Positions 43,432 to 53,183 of a stretch of 64,000 nt of DNA are shown here, one piece after another. Position 1 is the first letter of the stretch. Every line of letters starts with the position of its first letter. The notes beneath the pieces were generated by a model that saw only the letters and a program-made list of their open reading frames with translations, was not told where the DNA came from and did no database searches. The DNA comes from an uncultured delta proteobacterium (lineage in GTDB: Bacteria; Myxococcota_A; Polyangia; Polyangiales; B10-G4). A program made the position numbers and the translations under genes. Location of the stretch: NCBI GenBank assembly GCA_963727445.1, contig CAVSGI010000002.1, positions 32,001 through 96,000 on the forward strand. The letters are read 5' to 3'.

Positions 43432-45483
43432 TCAGATCGGCGGATTGGGCAGGACGAGGCGATGACAGATGCCGCAGCTCTGGGTCACGGTGGCGGGCTG
43501 CTCGCTGGCGTACTCGAAGCCGCTGGTGCGATAGCGATGCGTGGCGAGATCGCCCTGGTAGTACTGGACGGGGGCGGCGGTGGCCGGGTCGGCGTCCAAG
43601 AGGCCCTCGACGTGTGAGCCACCGGTCGCCGTCCGCGTCATGTGGCAGAGCGTGCAGAGGAGCATGTCGTCCTCGAGGCCGGCGTGGTCGTCGCCGGTCC
43701 TCATGGCGATGTGCATGCGGATCTCGTCCGCGTAGCGGCGGTCGGAGTGACAGCTGGTGCAGCCCGCGTCGTCGCGAATGCCGAAGTAGAGATCGTGAGG
43801 CTCGGCGTCGCGGCCGTGCGGGTCGTGACAGTCGTCGCAGGTGACGATCACGCTCTCGTTTCGATACTTCGCGCTCCGGATGTGGTCCGTGTACTGCTGC
43901 CGGTGGACCCGCGCATCACCCGAGGGGAAGATGTTCGCAGGGTCGACCTCGCTCCCCGCGAAGTGGCTCTCGAGGAGCTCGCTCCGCCGGATCCCCGCCC
44001 GGGGCATGTGACCGTCGGCGTCGAGAGGCAGGGGGGTGTTCGCGGGCGCCGAGTGGCAGCCGCCGCAGATGGCGAGCGCCCGGCCGGGGGTCAAGAGCTG
44101 CGGAGAGACGATCGCCGTCCCGCGCACGTCCGCCTCGAGGTGCTCGGAGCCAGGCCCGTGGCAGCTCTCGCACCCCACGTTGATCTGCTCGCGCCGCCCG
44201 TCCCCGTCGTAGTCGTACGCCCCCTCCGGGCTGGCCACCGCAGAAGCAAACGCGCCCGCCCCACCCCCATCGTGGGCGGAGTAGCCCGTGAAGTGGCAGC
44301 CAGCGCAGTTGGCGTCGAAGGAAGCGTCTGGCGCAGGTGTGCGAAGCGTCCCCGCCGCGTGATCGTAGAAGACGCTCGAGCCCGTATCACGCCAGGTCCA
44401 GTCCGCCGGGTCAGGCCGACCGTCGTCCCCCTGGTTCTGGAACTGGAACGGCAGCGGGAAACGCATGGGCCTCCCGCTAGGCCCCGACATCCGCGCGAGC
44501 AACTGACTTCGCTGAAGCACGCCGCCGTAGACTAGGTCGACGTCGTAGCTGGCCGTTTCGGCCGCGCGCTGGTTACGAAAGACCACCCGATATCGCCCCT
44601 GCCCGCCTGGCGGCACTGAGGGGTCGAGGCGCAGATCGGCGATGAAGCTCACGACCGCGGGCGCGGCGGGCGCCGTCTCGCTCACCTTGCAGAGCCCAGC
44701 TCCCGGCGACGCGCCGTCGCAGTCGTAGAAGTAGAGCGAGGTGTCGAAGCGCGCGAGGATGGCATCGAAGTCGGGGTAGCGGGACGTGTCCTGGTGGGCG
44801 CCGCGCTGGCCGGGGACGGTGAGCCCGACCGAGTGGGCGGTATCGAAGGAGCGGTGGCGCCCATGACAGAAGAGGCACGCCGTCGAGCCGATGAAGCGTG
44901 CCTCCGCGCTCGGCACGCAGCTCACCTCGAGGTCGAGTCGTGTTCCGAGAAGGGACGCCGGATCCTGGGCGGTGCGCGCGTAGGTGCCGCCCGGCAAGCG
45001 CGCGGCATCGGTCGCGGCCGGGACGAAGACCACGAAGACGGATTGCTCGGGCAGGGTGGTGAAGCGATAGACGCCATCGGCGTCGGTCACGGCCTCCGCG
45101 TACCCGCGCTCCGCGTCGAGAAGGTCTTCGATGGGCTCGTCGATGGTCGAGAGCGCCGCTTCGGCGGGCGCCAACGAGACGTCGATCGGCGTCTCCGCGA
45201 GAGCCATCACGTCGGCGGCGAGCACCAGCACGACCCGACCCCCGGCCACGACGCGGTCCGCCGTGTCCGTGACGCGGCCCACGAGACCATTTGCTTCGAG
45301 GGGGATGTCCGAAGCGTCGGCGCTGACGCTGTCGATGGCGGCGTCCATGGCGACGCCGGTGTCGGGCGTCGGCCCGGGCGGGCCTGCCTCGCCGGGGTCG
45401 CCCTTGGGGCCCACCGGACCCTCACAGGCGACCACGAAGAGCAGCAGGACGACGGCCGCGAGAGTGCGGCGCGCCGCGCTCAC
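43432..45483 (-). CDS. Octaheme cytochrome c lipoprotein with collagen-like segment and N-terminal beta-sandwich
   Basis: Lipobox VVAC; GPVGPKGDPGEAGPPG; 8 CxxCH, including the c554-like INVGCESCHGPGSEH. Confidence 0.88.
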   Translation of the reverse strand: MSAARRTLAAVVLLLFVVACEGPVGPKGDPGEAGPPGPTPDTGVAMDAAIDSVSADASDIPLEANGLVGRVTDTADRVVAGGRVVLVLAADVMALAETPIDVSLAPAEAALSTIDEPIEDLLDAERGYAEAVTDADGVYRFTTLPEQSVFVVFVPAATDAARLPGGTYARTAQDPASLLGTRLDLEVSCVPSAEARFIGSTACLFCHGRHRSFDTAHSVGLTVPGQRGAHQDTSRYPDFDAILARFDTSLYFYDCDGASPGAGLCKVSETAPAAPAVVSFIADLRLDPSVPPGGQGRYRVVFRNQRAAETASYDVDLVYGGVLQRSQLLARMSGPSGRPMRFPLPFQFQNQGDDGRPDPADWTWRDTGSSVFYDHAAGTLRTPAPDASFDANCAGCHFTGYSAHDGGGAGAFASAVASPEGAYDYDGDGRREQINVGCESCHGPGSEHLEADVRGTAIVSPQLLTPGRALAICGGCHSAPANTPLPLDADGHMPRAGIRRSELLESHFAGSEVDPANIFPSGDARVHRQQYTDHIRSAKYRNESVIVTCDDCHDPHGRDAEPHDLYFGIRDDAGCTSCHSDRRYADEIRMHIAMRTGDDHAGLEDDMLLCTLCHMTRTATGGSHVEGLLDADPATAAPVQYYQGDLATHRYRTSGFEYASEQPATVTQSCGICHRLVLPNPPI

Positions 45484-47696
45484 CGGAACTGATACTCCGG
45501 TCGGGCGTGCACCGCGTCGACGGCGAACTCGTCCTCGTCACCGTGGCAGGTGCCGCAGGCTTCGCCCCCGCTCGGGGTGGTGTTGGTCGCGAAGTGCGCC
45601 GCTGCCTCCGCGGAGCTGTGGCAGCCGCCGCAGGCCGCAGCCGCCGAGCCGATGGTCATCGTCGTCACCGTCCCCGCGGAGTCGACCTCGGCGATGGCGA
45701 CAGGCGCATTCGAGCCGGCCAGGGGCAGGGTCCAGGTGCCGTCGAGGTGGCACTGCGAGCACACCCGGAGATCCGCCGGATAGGCGAGGTCCGGGCTCGA
45801 GTGGACGCGATGGATCAGCGCCGCGAGATCGAGAGAGGGTGCGATCTCCGTCCCCGAGGTGGGCGGCGTGATGGGCTCGACGAAGGTCGGGTTGTGGCAG
45901 AACGCGCAGTAGTCCGGATTCTTGCGGTTGCCGCCGTGGAACTCGAGGGGCAGGTGGCAGGTGTTGCAGTTCGCGGTGCTCACGATCGCCCGCCGCGGAA
46001 CGGCGGTGGGGTCCGTGATCGCGACGACCGCGACGGGGTTGTCGCTCGGGAAGCGCGTCCCCATCGAATCCACGTCGCGGGACTCCACGCTGACCGACCA
46101 GGTGCCCTCCGCCGGAACCGAGTTCGCGGTGGCGATGGCGTCCACCGTGTCCGGAACGAGGTAGCGGAACTGACCCATCGAGGCGTCGATGGCGGTGAGG
46201 GTGCCTTCCGAGGGGGCGTTGTAGTCCTCTTGGAAGCGGTAGTCGGTGGTGGGCCCGGCCACGCGGAAGCGCAGGCGGTCGAGCGGCGTCGTGAGGACGT
46301 CGTAGGGCGTGCCGCCGACCGTGATCGTGAAGTCCACCTGGATCCGTCGCCCGCTGGTCAGGGTGACGGCGTCGAAGGTGACCTCGGGATAAGCGCTCGC
46401 CGGGTTGGTGAAGGGGTAGTAGTGGCGATCGATGATCGGCGAGACCCCCACGCCCGTGGGGATGTGACAGTCGGTGCAGCGGTCGTCGTCGGGACGGTCG
46501 CCGCCCGGGTGAAGCCGCTGCCAGGCCGCCGGCGGGTCGCCCATTTCGAACCAGATGTCGTCGTGACAGGAGCCGCAGGCCGCGCGGCTCGGGACCGTGT
46601 TCCAGCGGTCGCCGTCCGGTCCGGCGTGGCAGGTGGTGCAGTTGCGGATGTCCTGGGGAAACTCGACGTCCGAGTAGTCGTGCACGCTGCCGCGATAGCC
46701 GACGATCTCATAGGGGTTGCCAGCGACGACGCTCGGCAGATGCGCGCCCCGGTGGATCTTGTGAACCATCGTCTCGAAGTTGATGGTGTTGCCAGTGTCG
46801 GGATCGGCGTATCCCGCCGCGTGACAGGTCGCGCAGAGACGCACGTTCTCGCGCGAGCCGCCGTGCGCCTCGAGCGGCGTGTGACAGTTGTTGCACGCGT
46901 CGTTGGTGACGATGTCGCGGGTCTCGGTCACCGGCATGCCGTCGGGCCGGAAGTTGGGCGCGTCGTTCGCGACGTAGCGGACGCCGTCGTAGGTGCGCGT
47001 GGCGTAGTAGCCGATGGTGTGCGTGCGCGTCGCGTCGTAGTCCGTGGGCAGGACCACGCCGAAGTCGTAGCGGTAGATGCCGTCCGCGTCGTCGACCACG
47101 GTCCACGTGCCGCCGGAGTCGGTCGCGGGTTGGGTGGCGGAGCTCATCCCGTCCTCGCTCATCACCGTGCGTGTGACGTAGTTGACGTAGGGCAGGACGA
47201 CCGGGCCATCGAGCCGCATCTCGGTGGGCAGATAGGCGACCGTGAAGCTCACCGCTACTTCGCCTTCGGTCTGGATCCCCTCTCGGTCGAGGGGCGTTCC
47301 CTCCGCGTCGGTGAATCGGAGCACGGCGTAGGGGATGCGCGTGGTCGCGTCGATCCCGTACTCCATGGTCTCGACTTCGAGCCCCGGACCGGTGACGTAG
47401 GCGTTGGTGCCGTTCGACCCGTCGACGCCATCGACGCCGTTGGTGCCGTCGGTGACCGTGACCATGGTGCCGTCGTCACAGGCGATGGTCTTGGTCCCCA
47501 TCCCATCATCGGTGACGGTGCAGCTGGTCCCATCCATGCCGTCGCGCACGATGGCTTCGGTGCCGTCGCTGCACGAGATGGTGGCGGAGCCGTCCGGGTT
47601 GTTGACCACGGTGCACTCGGTGCCCCCACAGCCGGCGGTGGTGCCGACAGCCATGGCTGCAGCGAAAAGCATCGTGATTCGTGTCGGTGCTCGCAT
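45480..47696 (-). CDS. OmcA/MtrC-family decaheme outer-surface cytochrome
   Basis: Lipobox TAGC; 5+5 CxxCH arrangement; RDIV...CNNCH..L..HGGSR, MVHKIHRG, FPQDIRNCTTCH, RRAIVS..NC..CH, LIHRVH. Confidence 0.9.
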   Translation of the reverse strand: MRAPTRITMLFAAAMAVGTTAGCGGTECTVVNNPDGSATISCSDGTEAIVRDGMDGTSCTVTDDGMGTKTIACDDGTMVTVTDGTNGVDGVDGSNGTNAYVTGPGLEVETMEYGIDATTRIPYAVLRFTDAEGTPLDREGIQTEGEVAVSFTVAYLPTEMRLDGPVVLPYVNYVTRTVMSEDGMSSATQPATDSGGTWTVVDDADGIYRYDFGVVLPTDYDATRTHTIGYYATRTYDGVRYVANDAPNFRPDGMPVTETRDIVTNDACNNCHTPLEAHGGSRENVRLCATCHAAGYADPDTGNTINFETMVHKIHRGAHLPSVVAGNPYEIVGYRGSVHDYSDVEFPQDIRNCTTCHAGPDGDRWNTVPSRAACGSCHDDIWFEMGDPPAAWQRLHPGGDRPDDDRCTDCHIPTGVGVSPIIDRHYYPFTNPASAYPEVTFDAVTLTSGRRIQVDFTITVGGTPYDVLTTPLDRLRFRVAGPTTDYRFQEDYNAPSEGTLTAIDASMGQFRYLVPDTVDAIATANSVPAEGTWSVSVESRDVDSMGTRFPSDNPVAVVAITDPTAVPRRAIVSTANCNTCHLPLEFHGGNRKNPDYCAFCHNPTFVEPITPPTSGTEIAPSLDLAALIHRVHSSPDLAYPADLRVCSQCHLDGTWTLPLAGSNAPVAIAEVDSAGTVTTMTIGSAAAACGGCHSSAEAAAHFATNTTPSGGEACGTCHGDEDEFAVDAVHARPEYQFR

Positions 47697-47749
47697 TCCT
47701 CTCCCCTCGGGCAAACGCCCGGCGACAGAGAAAAGCACCGATCCGTGTT

Positions 47750-47781
47750 CGTCAATGGGCTACGTGCGACCCATCACGTAG
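47750..47781 (-). promoter_or_regulatory. Crp/Fnr-type palindrome beside a TTGACG -35 element upstream of the cytochrome operon
   Basis: CTACGTGCGACCCATCACGTAG (47760-47781), i.e. CGTGA-N6-GCACG on the minus strand; TTGACG at 47755-47750. Confidence 0.6.
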
Positions 47782-47789
47782 TTTCGTCC

Positions 47790-49196
47790 TCAATACCCCA
47801 TGTCGCTCATGGCCTCGTCGTTCGCCTCGAGCGAAAGAGAGCGGGCGGCAGGAGCGCTCATCGGCTGGCGCGCGGCGCCGGAATGCCCGCGCAATTGTTG
47901 CACTCGCTGCTGCATGCGCTGCCGTTCCGCCCGTGGCGCCCGCTCCATCGCGCCTTCCACGACGTCGGCGGCGAAGTCGAATTGGCGCGCTGCCTCTTCG
48001 GCCCGTCCCTGGTCCAGGGCCACCGCCGCGGCGAGCTGGGCCTCGGCGGCGCGCTGATTGGCGACGAGGGAGGCCACGCGCGGCGCCTCGCTGCCGGCCG
48101 CCGTTCGCGCGTCCGCCACGATCTGATAGTCGAGGTGCGCGGTCTGGACCTGGCGGCCCCGCCCTGGCGCATCGAAGGTCAGGCGCGCGGTGCCGGCGCT
48201 GTGCCGCCCGAGACGCTCGGTGTCGATCTCGGCCCGGAGCAGCACCTCGCGGCGCTGGCCCGCGTGGAGCGCCCCCACGTTGACCCGCACCCGACCGTTT
48301 TCGACGCTGGCGCCGCTCGACTCGACCCCGAGGATGCGCACGCCGGCAGCGGGGACGACCTCGATGATGGTGTTGGTGGCCACGGTGTGGCTCAGGAGCT
48401 CCAGCTCCTGTTCGAGGATGGTCGCCATCTGCGCCGGATGCTCGAGGTGGTACATGCGGCCGGCGCTCCGGACCGCGAGGGCGGCCAGGGTGCGTTCGTC
48501 GTAGTCGAGCCCGACGCCGATCGCCGACACCTGCGCGCCGCTCTCCGTGCCCGCTGCCGCGATGGCGCCGAGGCTCTGGGGATCCGCGGGACCGATGTTC
48601 GCGCGGCCGTCGGAGACGATCACGAGGCGGCGGATCGGATGCGTCGCGGGCGCGGCGGCCAGCCTGTCTTCACCCACGCGCAGACCGTCGAACATGTTGG
48701 TGCCGCCCATGGCGCCCAGCGTCTGCACCTGTTGGATCAGCATGCCGCGGTTCTGCTCGCTCACGGTCGTGGGGGGGCTGATCTCGGACACGCCGTTGTT
48801 GAACGCGTAGATGGAGACGATGTCGCCGGAGCGCAGGCTCTCCACCAGGCTCGCCGCCGCCATCCGGGCGTTCGCGATCTTCTGGCCCTCCATCGAGCCC
48901 GAGGTGTCGATCACGAGCGAGAGGTCCATCGGGGCCCGCCGGGATTCGGTGACGACCTCCGGGGCGTCCACCCAGACGCCGATGTAGGTCTGACCGTCCG
49001 CCCCGATCACGATACGGGTGTTCGCCGGAGCCCCGCCGATCCACGTCCCGTCGGCGCCCACGACCTGCGCGGTCGATCCGTCCTCCACCACCACCCGCAT
49101 CTGCCCCTGATTCGGCTGTGCCTGCGCCGCACCACCCCCACAGCCGGCGATCGCCGCCGCAAAAAGAGCCGAAACCCCAACGAATCGTGCGCGCAT
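47790..49196 (-). CDS. vWA-domain (YfbK-like) lipoprotein
   Basis: Lipobox [12 protein letters not shown] (MIDAS), [19 protein letters not shown]. Confidence 0.85.
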   Translation of the reverse strand: MRARFVGVSALFAAAIAGCGGGAAQAQPNQGQMRVVVEDGSTAQVVGADGTWIGGAPANTRIVIGADGQTYIGVWVDAPEVVTESRRAPMDLSLVIDTSGSMEGQKIANARMAAASLVESLRSGDIVSIYAFNNGVSEISPPTTVSEQNRGMLIQQVQTLGAMGGTNMFDGLRVGEDRLAAAPATHPIRRLVIVSDGRANIGPADPQSLGAIAAAGTESGAQVSAIGVGLDYDERTLAALAVRSAGRMYHLEHPAQMATILEQELELLSHTVATNTIIEVVPAAGVRILGVESSGASVENGRVRVNVGALHAGQRREVLLRAEIDTERLGRHSAGTARLTFDAPGRGRQVQTAHLDYQIVADARTAAGSEAPRVASLVANQRAAEAQLAAAVALDQGRAEEAARQFDFAADVVEGAMERAPRAERQRMQQRVQQLRGHSGAARQPMSAPAARSLSLEANDEAMSDMGY

Positions 49197-49311
49197 GGCC
49201 TTCTCCCTCTCGGTCATGGAGGGGCTAGACGGCTCAGATGCAGAAGGGATCTGCGCGACGTGTCTCGATTCGGTCGCGGCGAGTGGGTCCGGGCGCTATG
49301 CTCCGGGCGCC

Positions 49312-49968
49312 ATGGCCGAAAACGACCGCATCCAGGGCGCCATCCCCTTCCCCCACGTCGTGGAGTCCACCCACCGCGGGGAGCGCAGCTGGGACATCTA
49401 CAGCCGCTTGCTCAAGGACCGCATCGTCTTTTTGGGCACGCCGATCGACGACGACGTCGCCAACATCATCATCGCCCAGCTCCTCTATCTGGAGAGCGAA
49501 GACCCGGACAAAGAGGTCACCCTCTACATCAACAGCCCCGGCGGCGTAGTCACCGCGGCCCTCGGCATCTACGACACCATGCAGTACATCCGCTGCCCGG
49601 TGGCGACGGTGTGCCTCGGTCAGGCGGCTTCGATGGGCGCCATCCTCCTCGCGGCCGGCAACCAGGGCATGCGCAAGGCGCTGCCGCACAGCCGCGTCAT
49701 GGTCCACCAGCCCCTCGGCGGCTTTCGCGGACAGGCGTCGGACATCGAGATCCACGCCAACGAGATCCTCTTCCTGCGCAAGCGGCTCAACTCGATCCTC
49801 AGCTATCACACCGGTCAGCCCGAAGAGCGAATCCAGGAAGACACCGAACGCGACCGCTTCATGAGCGCGACCGAGGCCAAAGAGTACGGGATCATCGACG
49901 ACGTGATCGCCCCTCGGAAAGACGTGGCATCGGTGCCTCCCGATCAGGAAAAGAAGAAGAAGAAGTAG
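49312..49968 (+). CDS. clpP: ATP-dependent Clp protease proteolytic subunit
   Basis: [39 protein letters not shown]. Confidence 0.97.
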   Translation: MAENDRIQGAIPFPHVVESTHRGERSWDIYSRLLKDRIVFLGTPIDDDVANIIIAQLLYLESEDPDKEVTLYINSPGGVVTAALGIYDTMQYIRCPVATVCLGQAASMGAILLAAGNQGMRKALPHSRVMVHQPLGGFRGQASDIEIHANEILFLRKRLNSILSYHTGQPEERIQEDTERDRFMSATEAKEYGIIDDVIAPRKDVASVPPDQEKKKKK

Positions 49969-49995
49969 CCTCCCAGCGCGGGCGGCCTTTTCACC

Positions 49996-51075
49996 ATGCG
50001 CATCACCTTCGTCCGTCACGGCGAGTCGGAATCCAACGTCACCGGGCGGTGGCAGGGTCAGGGCGACTCGCCCCTCTCCCAGGTCGGCAAAAAGCAGGCC
50101 GAGACGCTCGCCCAGCGACTTCGCGACACCTCCATCGATCTGGTCTTCAGCTCGGACCTCTCGCGCGCCGCGGACACCGCGCGCGCTCTCGGTCGCGACG
50201 TCACCTTCGAGCCCGCGTTTCGCGAGGTCGACGTGGGGGACTGGGAAGGCCTCGACCGTCGCGAGGTCGCGCTGAAGTTTCCCGAGCAGGTGCACGCCCT
50301 CGCCAGCGGCGCTCACGACGTGAAGATCGGTGGCGGCGAGAGTTGGGACGATCTCTACCAGCGCGTCGACGCAGCCTTCACCGGCCTCGTGAATCGCGCG
50401 TCGTGGGCAGAGCACATCGTCGTCTTCACCCACGGCGGAGTGATCGCATCGCTCTTCGCGGGGCTCCTCGGCATCCGCAACCGCCACCCCCGACCTCTCG
50501 GAAGGATGGTGAACACCGGCATCAGCACCGTTTCGATCGAGCGGGGAGGCTCGACCCTCGAGCGCTGGAACGACGCGACCCACCTCGGCCCGCTGGGCGC
50601 GTGGGGCTCCGAGCGGCTGGAGCGCGGAGACGCGGTCATCGGACTCGTGAGCCACGTGCCTCCGGCAGAGGACGAGCCGGCGGCCGAGGGTGGACGACTC
50701 CGCGGCGGTCCGTCCCTGTTGGCCGTGGAGCATCTGGCGGAGTGGTACCGCGGCGTGTCGCACGTCTACGCACCACGGGCTGCGCACGCCCGCAATGCGG
50801 CCGCCATGCTCGCCGAGCGGAGTCAGGCGCGGGTCTCCGACGAGCCGATCGACGAGAGCGCGCTCGCGGACTCGGTGATCACCGTGGGCGAGCGACATTC
50901 GGGAGAGCGCGTGGGGGCGCTCGCCTCCGGCGTGGGGATCGCCGAATGGGCGCAGGCGGTGGTGGCGCCAAAAGGCGCGCTCTTCCGGCCACCCCCCCAC
51001 GCCACGGTCAGCCACGCGGTCCTCACCGAGCATGGCGTGACCCTGGCGGACTACGCGGTTTCTCCGCGGTATTGA
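49996..51075 (+). CDS. Histidine phosphatase (phosphoglycerate mutase family) with degenerate second domain
   Basis: VRHGES, SSDLSRA, E.D.G.WEG, FTHGG, WND..HL. Confidence 0.85.
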   Translation: MRITFVRHGESESNVTGRWQGQGDSPLSQVGKKQAETLAQRLRDTSIDLVFSSDLSRAADTARALGRDVTFEPAFREVDVGDWEGLDRREVALKFPEQVHALASGAHDVKIGGGESWDDLYQRVDAAFTGLVNRASWAEHIVVFTHGGVIASLFAGLLGIRNRHPRPLGRMVNTGISTVSIERGGSTLERWNDATHLGPLGAWGSERLERGDAVIGLVSHVPPAEDEPAAEGGRLRGGPSLLAVEHLAEWYRGVSHVYAPRAAHARNAAAMLAERSQARVSDEPIDESALADSVITVGERHSGERVGALASGVGIAEWAQAVVAPKGALFRPPPHATVSHAVLTEHGVTLADYAVSPRY

Positions 51076-51105
51076 GCCTGCCCGAACCCGGAGGCGCATT
51101 TCTGC

Positions 51106-51141
51106 TTGACATGTAAACGAATTGGTCGAACCATTCGACCA
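51106..51141 (+). promoter_or_regulatory. sigma70-type promoter overlapped by a FadR-type operator
   Basis: TTGACA (51106-51111)-17 bp-AACCAT; TGGT-CGA-ACCA (51123-51133) nested in TGGTCGAA-CCA-TTCGACCA. Confidence 0.7.
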
Positions 51142-51144
51142 GTC

Positions 51145-51894
51145 ATGTTTCAGGCCGTCCCTCAAAAAGAGTCCGCGGTGGACGCCTGCGTCGCCCAAAT
51201 CCGAGGGGCCATCCTTCGCGGTGATCTCTATCCCTCGGAGCGGCTGCCCTCCGAACGCAAGCTCGCCGAGACCTTCGGGGTGAACCGCATGACGATCCGC
51301 GCGGCGCTCACTCAGCTCGCTGCCGCGGGGCTGTTGTCGGTGCGCCAGGGGAGCGGGTACCGGGTCGAGGACTTTCGGCGGGCTGGCGGGCCGGATCTGC
51401 TGCCGGGTCTGGCCGGTCTCGCGCGCGAGAGCGGCGACCTCGCGAGCGTCGCGGCGGACCTCTTGTTGATGCGCCGGCACATGGCGCGTGCGGTCTTCGA
51501 GCGCATCGCCGGACGGCGCGGCACCCACCTGCTCCCGCGCATCCGCGAGGCGGTCGCCGACTTCAAGGCCGCGGTGGCGGAGGGCGCCCCCCTCGAGGTC
51601 ATCGCCGATCGCGATCTCGCGGTGCTCGCGGCCATCCTCGACGCGACCGGAAGTCCCGTGCTCGGTCTCTGTCTCAACCCGGTGCTCTCGGTGCTCGCCG
51701 AGCTGCCGGAGCTCCGCCACGCGATCTATGCAAGGCCCGAGACCAACGCCCTCGCCTACGACCTGCTTCTGTCGTGGCTCGACGACCCGCGACCCGACGT
51801 TCTCGCGCCGCTCTTCGCTGAGCTCGAGGCGCGCGACCGCGCGACCGTCGCGCGCATCCGCGACGAAGCGCCGAGCGAAAGGAGCCCCTCATGA
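51145..51894 (+). CDS. GntR/FadR-family transcriptional regulator
   Basis: RLPSERKLAETFGVNR.TIRAAL..L...GL..RQGSG. Confidence 0.9.
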   Translation: MFQAVPQKESAVDACVAQIRGAILRGDLYPSERLPSERKLAETFGVNRMTIRAALTQLAAAGLLSVRQGSGYRVEDFRRAGGPDLLPGLAGLARESGDLASVAADLLLMRRHMARAVFERIAGRRGTHLLPRIREAVADFKAAVAEGAPLEVIADRDLAVLAAILDATGSPVLGLCLNPVLSVLAELPELRHAIYARPETNALAYDLLLSWLDDPRPDVLAPLFAELEARDRATVARIRDEAPSERSPS

Positions 51895-52562
51895 AGCTGG
51901 CCCATCTCCTTGTCCCCCGCGCCCGCGCCGTGGAGGAGGGCCTCGCGCGCCTGCGGGCAGCGGGCGTCGAGCCCGTGCCCAACCTGTGGCAGATCACCCT
52001 CGGCGTCTATCGCATGTGGTGGCGTCTGCTGACGCGGAGCGAGACCATCGGCACGAGCAGCGATCCCGTGCGCCCCACCCTTCGCGCACGCGTGCTGCAT
52101 TTCCGGCCCTTCCGCTTCCCCTTCCTCTTGCGCGAACAGGCCGTGAACCCGGCGGATTTCTCCGGTCTCGCCAGCCCGCCCGAGCGCATCGTGCGCCATC
52201 TCCTCGGCGCGCATCACGATCAGAATCAGTTCGTCTACGACCTGCAGCTGCTGTCGTGCTTTCCGGGCGTGCTCGAGGATCTGCAGGCGCGCACCGAACG
52301 CGTCCTCAGCGGTGAAGACCCCCGCGGTGAGTGGCTGCGCGACCTGGTGGTGCACGAGGGCTATCACGAACGGCTCGCCGACACCGTGGCGCGCTTCCTC
52401 GAAGGCGAAGACGGGCTGTCGCCCGCCGAAGCCGAAGATCCGGACATCTCCTTCTCCGCCTATCTGCGTTGGTGCAAAGAACAGCCCGAGACGCCGCTTC
52501 AGACCTGGAGCGCGATCCGCGAAGGCCGCATCTCCTTCTCCGCACACGAGGCCTCCGCATGA
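51891..52562 (+). CDS. Hypothetical protein
   Basis: ATGA overlaps at both ends; typical codon usage. Confidence 0.75.
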   Translation: MKLAHLLVPRARAVEEGLARLRAAGVEPVPNLWQITLGVYRMWWRLLTRSETIGTSSDPVRPTLRARVLHFRPFRFPFLLREQAVNPADFSGLASPPERIVRHLLGAHHDQNQFVYDLQLLSCFPGVLEDLQARTERVLSGEDPRGEWLRDLVVHEGYHERLADTVARFLEGEDGLSPAEAEDPDISFSAYLRWCKEQPETPLQTWSAIREGRISFSAHEASA

Positions 52563-53101
52563 CGACGATCGACGCACTCATGCAGATGGACGGGACCGAC
52601 TTGATGCGCGCCCTCGAGTCCGGCCACCCCATCGACCCCAGCGCCCTCGACGACATGGAGTATCGCGGCGTGAGCCTGGGCCTGCCGTCGTTCGTCGAGC
52701 GGCTCAGCTGGAAGACCTTCAAGAAGGTGTTCCATCGCGACCCCCAGACCAGCGCGCTTCGCGGCTGGAACGTCCGCATCGAGCAGACCGGAGACGTCCA
52801 CGGCGACTACGTGCCCATGGAGCGTCGGGGTGTGCCGCACACCTTCGGCCACTTCGAGGTCGTCGACGCCCGCGGCCACCAGATGCCCTGCGCCATCGAC
52901 GGCCTCTTGATCCATTACGGCCTCGGGCGAAACGGCGCGCTCAATCCGATCCGCCGGCTCCGCGACCCGCTGGTCGCCCTCGAGCCCGGCAGCGCCGATC
53001 TGCTCCTCGGCTGGAGCTACGTCGACCTCGGCATGAAGCGCGTGGGGACGCCGAGCTTCTTCGTGCTCAGCCGCGACCGCACCCTCACACACGTCGCCTG
53101 A
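52559..53101 (+). CDS. Hypothetical protein
   Basis: ATGA overlap with the upstream gene; W.TF.K.F, GWN, LRD.LV segments. Confidence 0.72.
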   Translation: MTTIDALMQMDGTDLMRALESGHPIDPSALDDMEYRGVSLGLPSFVERLSWKTFKKVFHRDPQTSALRGWNVRIEQTGDVHGDYVPMERRGVPHTFGHFEVVDARGHQMPCAIDGLLIHYGLGRNGALNPIRRLRDPLVALEPGSADLLLGWSYVDLGMKRVGTPSFFVLSRDRTLTHVA

Positions 53102-53183
53102 AGGTGGCGGGACCGGGGGAATTGTCCTCCAACCCCTTCGGACGATGGCCCTATCCGCCCATCTGGGCTAAGAGCGGGGCGAC

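Noticed and set aside
32064..47781. Cytochrome cluster as a mobile genomic island
   Set aside because: No integrase, transposase, tRNA or flanking direct repeats were seen, and composition looks similar to the flanks by eye.
45507..51116. 1869-aa plus-strand ORF and other long antisense ORFs (e.g. 7336..9888, 49234..51720, 61159..63135)
   Set aside because: These are shadow frames of real genes in high-GC DNA, with Arg/Gly/Ala-rich translations and no domain motifs.
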